Shown piece by piece: positions 46,529 through 60,511 of a DNA stretch of 64,000 bases. The stretch covers positions 620,001 to 684,000 of the forward strand of contig NEEC01000017.1 in the NCBI GenBank assembly GCA_002189035.1, read 5' to 3'. Position numbers and translations under genes: made by a program. A model generated the notes under the pieces. That model saw only the letters and a program-made list of their open reading frames with translations. It ran no database searches and was not told the origin of the DNA. Source of the stretch: Utricularia gibba (taxonomy: Eukaryota > Plantae > Magnoliophyta). Each line of letters opens with the position of its first letter. Positions within the stretch are counted from its first letter, which is position 1.

Positions 46529-49462
46529 TCAATTTCTAGCGCCTTCCTGCAACTCTGGCTGCCTCACGCTGTGATCACCCTGCAGGAACCACTATTATTA
46601 GAACAGGATTACGAAGTTTTGAAGCTTTTTGTTTCTGTATGGACCTGCATGATGTAGGGGAACGTGGCTTGTCGGAAATCCAAGTGCCCCTGGTTCATGG
46701 TACACAGTAAAGAAGACACAGATCACTTCAAGTGCTTGGAGAAAAATGAAGAAGATAATTCAATGGTGGAAAGGGGTACCAATGCAGGTAAGTTCTGTTG
46801 CGCACCGTAGAAACTGTCGTGGCCCGAAGGAATGGAGTTCAACTGCGAATAATGACATTCATCCTTGATAAAACAAGTGACGTGAAACATTAGAGCACAT
46901 GCAACACCGCAAGCCGACCGACGTACCATTCCAGGTAATGTTGGTTGGCTGACGTAGTAGCCATCCTGCGGGGGCTCCATCAGATTTAACTGCATACAGA
47001 ATGAGGAAATTTGTCATGCCTCAAACAACAAAGCTGTTTTCATATGTTAACTGCGGCTTGGAGTGTCTACCATTCCATGCACATTTTGTTGGGATCCGTA
47101 ATACCCATTTAAAGTCATTTCTTGAGAGCTCAGAGTTTCCTATGGGAACCAAAGGGAAAAAAAACGTAAGAGATTGGTTTATTTCGAAGAATAAGTGACC
47201 AGTCCTAAAAACTCACCAATGGTTCGATATTATCTTCAGTCTCATTGACTATAGGTTCAGGCTCTTGCTGTAATTGATGTGTCACACATCAGGGGGTGCT
47301 GAAGAAGCATATACATCAAGGTAATGCACAAAATTCATGAGAATGCACGTTACCTTCCTCTTCTTGCCAGAGTTCTTCTTCTTGCTTGATTTGTTACCAT
47401 GGAGCAACAGAGTCTCTTGTTCACTGAAACGAAGTCCAACAGAGTTGCTTGAAGAATCTACGGCTGTTCTGTTGTTTACATTCACACAGTTCTTCAGAGC
47501 TTGGACTAAAGCTCGACAGGCGATATTGTAATTCTCCTCACACGAAGAACCTTCTTCTCCTAATGCAATTGCAATTTTGCAAAGGTCATTGTATCGTTGA
47601 ACTCTAGTATGGGCACTATCTGTTTCCTCTAAATCCCCTTGCCTTACTTTTGCATCTTTTGTCCATCTCTTGAGGATATATTGAGATGGGATTCTTGAAA
47701 GACCACATAACTGGAGGACAATCAGTGAATGTCTGCAAAGAAAACCTTTAAATTCAAACATTAGACATGAACAAGATACCTCAGACATTTCCTCATTCCA
47801 CATTACAACAAAATTTTCTCCCTTCTCACAGTCATCCACTTTAAAGGTAACATTTACGCCATCCTCCCTTTCCTTCTTCGGATGACACCCTACCACACCC
47901 AGGACTTCAACTTGAAATTTTCTAAATATAGAATGTGTGTATATTGTCGACATCTGCTTCTCCCAAGGAGAAGGTGATTTAAGGGCTGGCTGTCTGTGCA
48001 ACATATCAAAGTCTGCAAGGTCTTCCTCCTCCGACCTATTTTGAAGAATCACAATATACTGCCTCATAAACTCATTCACGTTCATTTTTTTGTGAATATA
48101 TTTGTCAAAGAAAGAGTTTACACTATCAGATCGCTGACGTGGAGATAACCCAGCCAGAAATGCATCCCTCATGAATATTGGAGCCCATTTCTTGCGTTCC
48201 ACGTATAAAGAATGAACCCACTCGTTCTCTTGTAACTCAAACCTTGTTACCATCTTCCACCACCTCATGTCAAACTCTTCATCTGTCAACGACCTGCTGA
48301 TACACTTGTTGAATTTTTTAATGAAGTTCACATGCAATCTTAGAACATGCCCAAGAGTCACCGGTATCTTTTCCATTACATGCCAGAGAGGGAAGCAATG
48401 GCGAGAGCAAGGAAAGATCTCCTCAATAGCTAATTTTAGTTGCGTGTCCTGACAGCTCAGGATGAGATTAGGAGCTTTCCCACCAACAGCTCTGAGCCAT
48501 GTCTTCAGTAACCACACAAAAGTTGATTTACTTTCGTCTGCTAATAAGGCACAGCCAAGTAACATAGGCTGAAAGTGATGGTTCACACCAAGGAATAGAG
48601 CAATAGGCACCTTGTCACTGCTTTTAACAAAAGTAGTATCCAGGAAAACAGCATCACTAAAAAAAATATAATCCTTCCTGCTTTTGGAATCAATCCAAAA
48701 CAAATTCCTAACACGTTGTTCTCTGTTCAACTCAACAGCATAACTGAAGTAAGGACTCTCTTTCTGAAGCTGCATAAAAGTATCCATCATAAATCGAGCA
48801 TCACCCTCATCGAGTGCCATGCACCTAGCACCATCAGCCTGATGATCAACTTCGTTTTTACTGAAGGAAGGCTCATGGATACCACCATATTGTCTACACA
48901 TTTCAACATACATCTTTCTTGTCCTCTCACTAACTGCATGCAGGATATCTATATTATTTTTTTCAGCTAATCTGACATTCCGATGGATATGGAAATGATA
49001 TGCTAAGGCAGGCAAAAGCTCATGATTGTGCTCTTTTATGAATTCATGAATATACCATCCCCCATCTCGTTTTCTCTTCACATGCATACTAGCTTTGCAG
49101 TCTGTTTTTTTCACACTCGACCTCCTGCTACTGCTGGTCTCCGATTCTGGAGTCATCCCATATCTTGAACATGCGAACTTAGCATCAATAAACTCCTTGG
49201 TTTTCTTTGATCGACGGCTATTTTTAATAGAAGTGGTGAATCCCATGGACTTGGCATACTCCTGATAAAAGGAATAAGCTGCTTCATGAGATTCAAAGTC
49301 AATTCCTTCGTCAGGCTCAAATCTACTGCCCTCAATACCCGAGACGTCCGTTTTAGGACAAGTATTCAAGGGATCATCCCTACTCTGAACAGAATCAACG
49401 GCATCAATCACATTCAAGGCATCCCCTCTGCCACATTTAGCATTACCCTCACAACCCACCAT
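46529..49462 (-). CDS. FAR1: FAR-RED IMPAIRED RESPONSE 1-type transcription factor (Mutator-transposase-derived): one large exon plus six small C-terminal exons
   Basis: GIDFESHEAAYSFYQEYAKSMGFTTSIKNSRRSKKTKEFIDAKFACSRYG..KKTDCKASMHVKR..HNHELLPALAYHF..LAEKNNIDILHAVSERT is FAR1-specific. MULE core and SWIM (CSCLMFEFKGFLCRH) are present. The ORF-track start 49471 is a GTG, so the ATG is taken at 49462; the stop is 46529-46531. Confidence 0.9.
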
Positions 49463-52400
49463 TTCAAACACTCAACCTCAAAGCATGTTCCCAGCGTCTA
49501 TCAGTCTTAAACCAGAAGCCAATTTTATCGGAATGATCGTTCTGTTTCTGTAATCCAGAAGCAAAGAAGACAGTGAACAACAAAAACTTAATCACCTACA
49601 GAAATGCACAAGGAAAAAACAATGAACACCTACAAAACAAGCAAAATAAAGAACGGAAAAGCTCATACTTCACACACCTTTTCCTTTCTTTGTTCAAAGC
49701 TCCCACAAAACGCCCGGTTAGGTTTCCTCCACACCCAAACCAGCAACAGCAATCACTAAACACTGAATCCCCAAAAATCTAAGAACACGAAATGTATTGA
49801 ACAACCTTTGGAGATAATTTCCAGTAAGATTTCTTTTTCAGAACAGCAGCAGCATGATTTCAGGCACGCAATCTGTTCGCTTCAGGGGAACTCAGAATCC
49901 GCCGAGTACCAGCCCAACAAACGTAAGGAAGCAAAAAGAAGGCGATCTTTTCATCGGCCCATGGGCCTCCCTGATTAATGAGCCCATTAATAATCTCTTC
50001 CTTTTTTTGAACACGTCACTTACTTACTATTAAATAGTTTATATTATTACTTTTCACCTTCCCCAATTCACTATAGAGGTAGATTAGGTTAGGCTTCATA
50101 ACTGCTAACTAATGGGCTGCGAATTATGCTGGGCCCAACCAATCATTTTGCCACAACGAACCCTACCCCCAATTATAAAAAATAGACTATTACTGAACAC
50201 AAAATTAAAAAAATATTCTTTTTAGAAAAAAGGACAGTTCAAGATATTGTCCTGCATTTTGGAATATTTTATTCGTTGAAATAATTCACAATAAGATGGA
50301 ACTATGTAGATCTTTGTATTTCATTGTGAGATATGAATTTTTTGAATTTAGAAAATGGATAATTGTGAAAATATGATCAAGTATCTACATACTTGGTAGA
50401 AAATAATGAGAAGTTATCGTAAATTAGTTTATTTACAAATCTTGTAATTTGTACATTTTCTATTATACTGTTGATAAAGACAAAAATATCAACTAAAGAT
50501 ATATAAATATATGATTTAATGATCAAGATTACATTATGATTGCTACTTTTCTTAAGAGCAACTGGCATTTCCGGAAATGAGATAAATGTTTCGAAAATAA
50601 GTAAACTTGTTTTTCATTTTTTTCGAAAATGGAAATGGAAAACCCGGTTTTCTTTCGAAAACGGTTTGAAATATAGATTATAATATTTGTTTTAACATTA
50701 TGATTTTTGGAAATAAATATAGACGTAATGAAAACTTAATAAATAAATTTAATAACTCAATTTTCGAAAATATCATGTCAACATTTCCGAAAATGAATAA
50801 AGATAATCTAATTATGTCTCTTTATATTCATTAAACTTATCAAATTGAATGAAGTAAAACACTTTTGATTTTGGAAATTTTGTTCTTCTCTCAAACCAAC
50901 ATGGTATCATAGTCATTCATCTTTGATGAATGACTATATTCACATATTTTCAATAGATATTCTTGTTTTCTCAATACATACATTCAGTTAAAAAGTTTCT
51001 ATTAACGACGTTTACTTTTCTCACACATGAATTAGTAGATAGTTGCTTTTCTAAATACCCCTAGTGTGTTGGATTATGAAACAAAGTATGATCATGAATT
51101 TGAGACTTGATCATGTTCCTAATTTCACTACTCGTTATATGATCACCTTATCAATTAATGGTATAATAAACAAAAATAAATATAAATCATGGGAAATTTG
51201 GGACAGCTATTTTTCAAAATGATATATTTGGGTTTTAAAATTTTAATGTTGATTTCTATTATTTAAAAATTATATATAGTTAGTAAATTTAGTATTTATT
51301 ATTAACCTACAATTTTTACTCTCATTTTTACTTCTTTTTACTCGTCACCACCAACCCCTGTTCGAGGTGCGCTCAACCAATGGGCGTGCATCGTCGGGTG
51401 GTCAAGTAGTTCAACAAATAAATTCATGGAATAAGAACAACAAATGTGGTGGAGAATATGAGGACCAATTTTATCAAATAGTAAAATAATTAAAATCAAA
51501 TATGTTTCCTTGTCAAATAATGATGAATTCCTGTATATTTAGAAATTTTAAATATTTGAATTACAAAATATTGTAGGCTAATTTTTCTTCATATGCCAAA
51601 ATTTTGAAAATATACATGTATAATGCGTTAAATATTCGGAATTAAATGTATCTTAAAGATTAGATATACTATTTTTATTAAATAGTAAAAAATAGAATAT
51701 ATTATTTTCTAAATAATAGAGATCTTTGTTGCTAAAATCCAAATCATGGCAAAATTATGCTAAAAAAACTAAGAAGATTAGAATTCATTAAATTGAAGAA
51801 TATTAATTTTTTTCTGGGTTACAAGTTTCATGCTATATTAGAAAAATGGGCATTCGTCAAAAATTGTGTGATAAAAATGGTTATCTGAAAAAGGTAACAG
51901 GGTTTTTTAAATCTAAAAAGTATAATATAAATTGGATTCAGTAGGAGGGGAAAATATCTACCAATAATATCTCTGCATTTTTTTAATACAAAAAAGGTAA
52001 AAATTAAAATGGGACCATGAGGTGGAATGTGGGCCCCATATAACCATAGTACATTAAAAGACGGGCACCTCTTTTTTGCACCCCTTGGCTTTCTGGTGAA
52101 AAGTCACTGCGTTTTCTTTGATTCCTTGTTTCGAAACTCTCCCTTCGTGGCCTGGCCCCCCTGCACTGGCACTGGCACTACCACGGCCATCTGATTCCGG
52201 TCCCGACGGGAAACCCACGAACTGCAGGCTGCAGCCGTCGCCTTGTCCGCTTGCTGTTTTTGCTCATTCTCTTTCGGAATCTTACCCTGCCTCCTCCGGC
52301 TTCATTCCAAGCCGACAAACGCCTCTCACCTATTTGCCGTGCCACTGCTTCTGGGCTTTCCCCGCTGTTTCTTTTGTTTTGGTTTAGGAAGGTCTTTGTT

Positions 52401-52593
52401 TCTGCTTCTATCATGTTCTTGACTTCATTTTTGAATTAGTCCTTGTCGTGGAAAATTAATTGACCCGTCATTGACCTGAGTTCTGACTCGGTCCAGTAGG
52501 AGGCTTGGGTGAGAATATTATTGTGGGGGGCGGGTTTGATTTTCTCACAACGAAGGACGGGTTTGGGGGAAGGGGGGCTGAGGTGGATCAGTG

Positions 52594-55500
52594 ATGGTGA
52601 GGAAGCATGGCTGGCAGTTGCCTGCGCACACCCTTCAGGTTTTAGTTGCAGTTCATTTGCTCTAAGTACAGTTGTTTTAAGTGATTCGTTCGTGATTGTG
52701 TCTATTGTTAGCCGAACTTGCTTGGAAAAAAGCGGGAATGGGACTTGGGGGAAGTGAACAAGATTCAGTTTTTGCTCTTTTGGTCGGCGATTAAATTTTG
52801 GTGAAATGTGTGTTTTCTATGTAACCGTCCTTATTCCAGCTCATCGTCATTACAAATTGTTTTATGCTGGATAATTTTTTTCCAGTTTGATGTACCAATG
52901 TGGGGTATGAATTTCTGATCCTGACAATGTATAATTGGGGAAAGTAGTACTTTGCAGGGGATGCGATTGAATGAATAAGTTCTGTTTTTAGTGTTAACTA
53001 TTTTGAATTTTGTTGTTTAGAATGGGAGTTCCATGACCAGAGATTGATTTGAACTCTTAACAGGTTGTTGCTATTACGGTTTTCTTCATGTTAGTGGTAG
53101 CATTTTATGCATTCTTTTCTCCGTTTCTGGGAGCAAGAATATGGGAGTACATCGTTATTGGTCTATATTCCCCACTGGTAAGAGAATCATTCGTGCTGCT
53201 TTGTTCGTATTGTGGTGCATCTGCAGTTTTGGAAGTGCTGAATGCTTTATATAGATAGGTTACAGTGCAGTTGTTAGTTTCTGATTGGCAATCACACACA
53301 TCTCTGGAAGTGCTGTAGGTTTCTCATAGGTGTATCTCATGCTTTCTGCAATTCATTTTGTTTCTGTTTTCACTCAATACATGGCTTTTGCATTCTCTTA
53401 AACTTTTTTCACACATTTCCTGCTTAAATGATTTTTGTGTTTCTTGACATGTAGGCACTTGCCGTTTTCATTCTTTATGTTCGTGCTACGGCCATTAACC
53501 CAGCAGACCCTGGTATAATGTCCAAATTTGGTCAATCCTTGATGCATGAAGCACGGAACAAACCGGAGTCTATTTCCATTGGCCCAAATCTAACTTTTGA
53601 TGACATTGGCATGGGGAGTCGTTCATGCAATTCTCCAGCTTCACGAAGTCCCAATGCTGGAGCTGCATCTAGCAAGAAGGGCTCACTTGAGCGTCTCAAT
53701 TCCAATGCACCAGTAATTCCTCGACGAAAAAGATCTGTTTCCAATATCTTCAAAGTGATTCTCTGTGGCATCTTCATTTATGACGATTGCTGTAAACAAG
53801 GCGAGTCAACTGAGACGGAAGATAGAGGTGAAGAGGCATTATTTTGCACCCTTTGCAATGCTGAGGTAATTAACCAGATACATCAATGCAGAAACTTCTG
53901 GTCATTTATTCTCATAAGCTCACAAGTTTAAACTTCGAAAGTGTGACTATTCAAATTATGGTCAAGGTTCATTCTCCAAGTCTGTCTGTGTTATTTTATC
54001 CAAAAGCACTTTCATCACGCACCAGTTCTGAAACTTATGTTTAATAGTGATATAGCATGACTTTGACATGTTTATAGGTTCGCAAATTTAGCAAACATTG
54101 CAGGAGCTGTGACAAATGCGTAGATGAGTTTGATCATCATTGTCGGGTACACTCCTTGCCGTCCAAATGTTTATACCTTTTGAGCTTGTTATTTTTTCGT
54201 CAACTTAATGAATTAGCTAACTTGATTTCATTTCCTATTTCTAGTGGCTCAATAACTGTGTGGGCCGTAAAAACTACACCACATTCATCACACTTATGTC
54301 TGTCAGCTTAGTTTGGGTGAGTTTGGAATTATTATTGAATGGCCGAGATATATCATAGTTACCTAATTTCTTCCAGTGATATACAGCTTCTTCTTGAAGC
54401 CAGCATCGGCATTATTGTTCTAGTTCGTTGTTTTGTTAAAAGGATTGACATGGAGCAGGAAATAGTTGATAGACTGGGACATGGTTTCTCTCGACCCCCC
54501 TTTGCAACTGTTGTGGTGATACATTCTGCCTTTGCGATGCTATGATAGTTTCTTTCCTTTTCTTTTCTCATTTCCATTTCATTTTGCAGGCCGTATGTAC
54601 AGCACTGTCTATGCTGGCGGTTGTGCCCTTGGGGAGCTCTTTTCTTTCCACATGATACTCATTAAGAAGGTTGTGAGATCTTTCTAAAATACACACCCTC
54701 CAGTTTCATATCAAACCATATGATACTATTAAAAGAAGCTCCTCGTTGAAGCTTCTTTGAAGAAATGAACCAGTTTGCTTGTTTAGCTTAGTTTGGTGAT
54801 CCTTCTGTAGTATCTTACGTTTTCTGCCGTGTGGCGACAGGGAATCACAACCTATGAATATGTTGTGGCAATGAGGTCCATGAGTGAAGCACCTGGGGGG
54901 GCATCTGTTGATGAGGAAGTCCCTAACATACTATATTCACCGTCTGGTTCAGCAGCAACTGGTTTCAGCGGTGGGAGCTCGCTCGGGCTGCAATACAAGG
55001 GAGCGTGGTGCACCCCTCCTAGAGTTTTTGTAGACTACCAGGTACAGTTTATTTATCTATTTTTCTCAGTCCTGACAGCTGCTCCAAGATGCTGAGGCTC
55101 GTTTACTTATTGCGGTTTCAACGAATTGATTATCAGGAGGAAGTTGCACCCCAATTGGGACCTGGAATTTTGCCATCTACAATTGACCCAGATGCTGATG
55201 GAGCTGGTGATAAGGGGAAGGGAGTGAAGAAGGGTGTTCGTATCAGTGCCTGGAGCTGGCTAAGCTAGACTCAAACGAGGCCATGAAAGCTGCTGCAAAA
55301 GCAAGGGCATCATCTTCTGTGCTGCGTCCTATTGATAACAGGCATTTGCATGATTCTGAACTAAGTTCCAGTGACAATGCAAGCGTCCGAAGCAGCATCA
55401 GCGCTGACATAGGGGGAAACAGAGATGCACGGAATGAGTTCAGGAACTTGCCTCCCAGGCACTCTTTCGCTCCCAGCCAATGTAGCCGGGACAATTATGA

Positions 55501-56224
55501 AACGGACACTCAGACTATGAGCAGTTTGAGCAGCCCAAGCCATGTACATGAGTCTGTTTCTCTGAGTCCCCTGCCACCTTCCCATGGACTCAACTCTGAT
55601 GCGGCTAGCCCAGCCGTACATCATCCTGTCCTTGACAGGCCTTCCTCGGGTATGGCAGCTAGCCTGCGCAAGGACAACCCTGTCTTCCAAAGATCGACTG
55701 GTTTTGATGAAAGGATAATGCACAGGCACAGCACTTCAGAGCAAATGGTAACCGGAGCTCAATCAACCTCTGTGATGAGAGACATCAGGAGAACATCTGT
55801 GGTGTGGGATCAGGAAGCTGGAAGGTACGTATCTGTTCCAGTCTCAGCTTCAGAACCCCGAAGGAAACAGCCATCACTTCCAGCGACAATGGTGACAACA
55901 GTGATACCAAGCAGTCAAGACATTAGGCCTCCTTCTGTGCTCCCTGGAGAGCCTTCCTTGGCCCTCCAGCAGCAACCGGAAAAGGCTTCCTACCCAAAGG
56001 AATCCATCTTCTTCGGCGGTCCACTTCTGAACCCTCTGACCAGAGATGGAGTGAAGAACGAGGCAGGGTCCTCCAGCTCAAGACACGGGCTTGAGGGACA
56101 ATTAGGATACTTATCCATGCCACGTGAAACAAGATTCAAGAGGGACTCTGTATCCAACCAGCTCCCCATTTTCGTTCCCGGTGGCTTTGATTCAAAGCCT
56201 GTATCTGATCGTGATCCCAACTAG
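52594..56224 (+). CDS. DHHC protein S-acyltransferase PAT19/20-like, multi-exon, -1 frameshift at 55254
   Basis: [15 protein letters not shown]|[25 protein letters not shown]|[23 protein letters not shown]|[43 protein letters not shown](K)[17 protein letters not shown]. Confidence 0.92.
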
Positions 56225-57199
56225 ATGATTTGTCTGAGATGTGCTATCCTTGCTGCGCCAACAATGCCTCCCTGCTGTGCTTGTTGATGGGAGTTGATGC
56301 AATTCAAAGCCTACATCTTTTTGAGTTTCGGCAGCCTCTTGCGATCACCAGACGGATGGGAGAGAGATCAAGGTTAACATGTGACTAGAAAGTGAATTGT
56401 ATGAACAGTAACTGGTTCTTGAGCTCACCACCCCTTGTGTTTATTCATATAACTACTCAACTTTCATGGGGTGATCCTATTTTTCATCCAGGTGCTTCAG
56501 CTGTGTCTACCCAGAGAAATAGTCATATCGATCAAATGGAGTCTACGAACTAATCATATTATATTCATGAGTAAAATAAGTAGATTAGGAATAAGTATAA
56601 AAAATTCATGATATTAAGGATGCATTTCAGTTACTTATATTTAGATAAACATGCCTTGTGTGTTTAAGATTAAAGTTTGTTTGTTATATAAATTTAAAAT
56701 AATATTACGTTTGGTAAATTTGTTCAGAACAAATAATTATAACTTAGGTTGTTTAGAATACTCTACCTAAAAATTGAGTTTGAAATACCTATTCGAAGTA
56801 TTTTATAGTAATTTTGTAAAATAATGAAATATATATTGTTATTATAATATACACGAATATTTGAACACTTATACAACCTATCAAAGTCCCTATAAGTGAA
56901 AATGGAATGTGGGAGTTTAATCGATCAAACAAATAGTTTGATCAAATGTCGATTCGGTCCAAAATCGGAATTTTAAAACCTAGACCACCAACAACAATAA
57001 AAATATGTCATTTTATTTTATTATAAATATTTTAAAATTGATTTAATGTAATCGTAATTTTAAATTTGACCTTTTATAATATATTAAATTGAGTTTAATT
57101 CATTATAAAATATTATTAAAAATAATTATACAAATTCTAAATTTTAATCATGGATATTATCATGAGTTCGATCGAATCTTAGGAAGGGCGTCTCAAATC

Positions 57200-57350
57200 T
57201 GGGCCATGACACAAGATGGAATGTGAGCCGGAAACTAATTCTCGGCCCATTGTGGCCCAAATTCTACTTGTTCACTGAAACGAGCCACTACACTTGGGAG
57301 TTGAAGCTTTGATCTCCTTCCCCGTCATCATAAGCCCTAGACAAAACCCT
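57200..57350. promoter_or_regulatory. Site II (TGGGCY/GGCCCA) elements plus a telo-box-like AAACCCT upstream of RH53
   Basis: TGGGCC 57200-57205, GGCCCA 57244-57249 and 57254-57259, AAACCCT 57344-57350. Confidence 0.45.
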
Positions 57351-57386
57351 TGATTTCCCAGAAAGCGTAAGGATACTGATAGTCAA

Positions 57387-59946
57387 ATGGGTAGCCTTTT
57401 GCTGAAGCGATGTTCCTTGCTATCGTCGAGGAGAACCGCTCTCGCTGCGCTCACCCGTCTGTTTTCTGAAAACTTGCTGCAGCAGTCGCAGGCTAATGCC
57501 GACTGTTCTCCCCATATTCGAACTCTTGGGCAGCTTTTTCCTCATGGCTGTCCTGCCCAACCTTTCTTTAGAGGGTTTCATTCAAGTCGGGCGTTGGGGA
57601 CTGGATACGCCGTTCCTGAATATTCTGATTCTGAGGAACGAAGGGGTTCGAGTGGGCCCTCTGATGAGGGGCTTGAAATCTCGAAACTTGGTATTTCGAA
57701 CGAAATTGTGTCGGCTTTGGCCCGCAAGGGAATTCACAAGCTTTTTCCTATTCAGGTATAATTTCATGTGCTTCAGGAATGAGATGTTGTTTCTTGTTCA
57801 TGATTTCTGTTTCATTGCGAATTTGGATCTTTTTAGTTTCTGTTACGGGCAAACCAAGTATGCGTTAATATTATCTGATCATGTTATTGTTTAATGCACT
57901 GCAGAGAGAGGTTTTCGAACCGGCAATGCAAGGTCGCGACATGGTAGGTAGAGCAAGAACAGGAACAGGGAAGACGTTGGCTTTTGGTATTCCTATCTTG
58001 GACAAGATCATAAAGTTCAATGAGAAGCATGGGTTAGTGTGTTTTGTTTTATTCTCTCTATCTTCTTTTCTGGTTGTCATAAACTGACTTGCCGTGCGCG
58101 TCATCCCTATTCAGACAGGGAAGAAATCCTTTAGCGCTTGTATTAGCTCCAACAAGAGAACTTGCTAAACAGGTGGAAAAAGAATTTGCTGACTCTGCCC
58201 CTAAATTGGACACTCTGTGCGTCTATGGGGGCGTCCCGATATCCCGCCAAATGAGCACTCTTGATCGTGGCATTGATGTTGTTGTCGGGACACCAGGCCG
58301 TATTATTGATTTGATCAAGCGTGGTGCTTTGAACCTTTCTGAAGTGCAATTTGTGGTCCTTGATGAAGCTGATCAGATGCTGAATGTTGGGTTTGCTGAT
58401 GATGTAGAGATGATATTGAGCTATATATCTCAAAAGCATCAGACAATGATGTTTTCAGCAACAATGCCAAATTGGATAGTGAAACTTACACACAAATTTC
58501 TGAAGAATCCAGTTACCATTGACCTTGTGAGAAGATATGCCTTATTCCAGTAAAATTTTTCTGTGCCTTTCAATAATTTTTACACAAAAAAATTTGTTGA
58601 ACGTGGCTGCATACTGTCTAATTATTGTATTGATTTTTTAAAATGAATCTGATTTAGTAAGTGTTTTGCAGGTGGGAGATTCCGACCAGAAATTGGCTGA
58701 TGGGATATCCTTATTTGCAATCTCTTCAGATACCAGAGAGAAGCCTGCAATTATCGGGCCTCTAGTTACTGTATGAATTGCCTCCCCTGTATATTGTCTG
58801 TGTTCAAGAACTTGAATTTAGTGCTTCATTGTCTTTACATATGTTACTGAATCTATTTCTCTATCTTCACTATATCATGATTATTTATGCTTTGAGAAAC
58901 CTGTGTTGTAGGAGCATGCAAATGGAGGTAAATGCATCGTATTTACCCAAACAAAACGGGATGCGGATCGATTGGCATATGCTATGCAAAGGAACTACAA
59001 ATGTGAGCCATTGCATGGTGATATATCTCAGAACCAACGGGAAAGAACTCTTTCTGCATTTCGAGATGGGCGGATCAATATTTTAGTGGCAACTGATGTA
59101 GCTGCTCGTGGCTTAGATGTGCCAAATGTTGATCTGGTGAGTCTTTTTTCTACTTCATCAAGATCATTATAAATCGTTTGCTCTTGGAAAGATCATTGTA
59201 TCTGTATGTTGTTTTGTGCATAGGTCATACATTATGAACTTCCCAATTCTTCAGAGCTATTTGTTCACCGTTCTGGAAGAACAGGTCGTGCTGGAAAGAA
59301 GGGCAAGGCAATTCTCATGTATTCATCCCATGAGTTCCGGGAAATTAAGGCTATTGAACGTGAAGTAGGCTGCCGGTTTCAAGAGGTAATTTTTATGTTT
59401 CTCATTACTTAAATTTCAGCTGCGCAGACTATCATATGTTAGGCCCTTCTACATATAAGATGAAGTATGCATTGATTTGAAGATCCCAAACCTCATTTTT
59501 GTTGTGTTCAGCTCCCCAAGATCGCAGTTGATGAAGCAGAAATTGCTACTTACGGTGGTAGTATGGGCGGTGGGCGTTTTGGAAATGCAGGAGGCCGCTT
59601 TGATGATTTCGGGTTTGGTCGTTCTGGTGGTTTTCGTGGCAACTCAAGGGGTGGTCAATTTGGGGATTACGGGTCCCGTGGTGGACAGAATTACAGCCGT
59701 TTTGGTAACTCCGGTGGTTCTGGTTTTGGCCGCTCCAGTGGCTTTGGAGACAATGACGGTTCAGATAGAAATGCCAGTGGTGGCTTTGGAAATTTTCGCC
59801 GCTCTAATGGTTTTGGGGATTCCAGGACTGATACTTTCAGCAGGTTCGGTGGCGATTCCGGTAGAAGTTCTCGGCCAAGCCGTTTTGGTAGTCTCGACGA
59901 GGACAGGAATAACAGCAACGGGGATAAAGGAAGGAGATTTTTCTAA
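57387..59946 (+). CDS. PMH2: Mitochondrial DEAD-box RNA helicase RH53/PMH2-like, 7 exons, intact
   Basis: Mitochondrial-type presequence, [58 protein letters not shown], and a Gly/Phe/Arg/Ser-rich tail. PMH1 versus PMH2 is not resolved. Confidence 0.9.
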
Positions 59947-60511
59947 GCAACAGCCAGTTAAGGAGAACTGCTTCACGGATGTGTTTCCTAAGTCTCCAGA
60001 TAGCTATGGCGCTAGTCATCATATATGTAGTCCGATATATTTTGTATCCTTCACAATGTGCTTGTTTATATATTTGCTTCCTTCTCTGCGATATCTCAGC
60101 TGCATATATTCTTGCATAATACCTCATCCTCCTGGAATTGAGAATGCTACTGACAGATCATGGCCTTAATTGATGCTATCTCTTTCAGGGTTAAGAAACT
60201 GTTTAAGACATAAGAGATGCTGCTTCTTTTCATGGCAAGCATTAGAGCTTTGAAATGGCGATATAAGTTTTGTCAACCCCTTCAGAGGAAATAAAAAGCT
60301 TTTCTGAAAATTTTATCTCAATATTAGCAGCAGTATGCTGAAAATGCCTTCCTGGTTTCCAAGTTTATTGCAGCTGAATCAGAAGGCAGTGCTGCTTAAA
60401 TCACTGATAAGGAGAGCATGACTGGGTTATGTCGATGATCAACAATTATTCATGCGAGTGTCTACTAAGTCCCATATCAGCTCCCCATGCTGCAAAATTC
60501 GAATGAGAAAC

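Noticed and set aside
47282-49471. FAR1 ORF as an active Mutator transposon
   Set aside because: No terminal inverted repeats; it has host-type C-terminal exons and FAR1-specific sequence, so it is a domesticated gene.
6761-55254. Programmed ribosomal frameshifting or RNA editing as an explanation of the repeated -1 sites
   Set aside because: There is no shared slippery motif or structure, the genes are unrelated, and all sites fit homopolymer under-calling.
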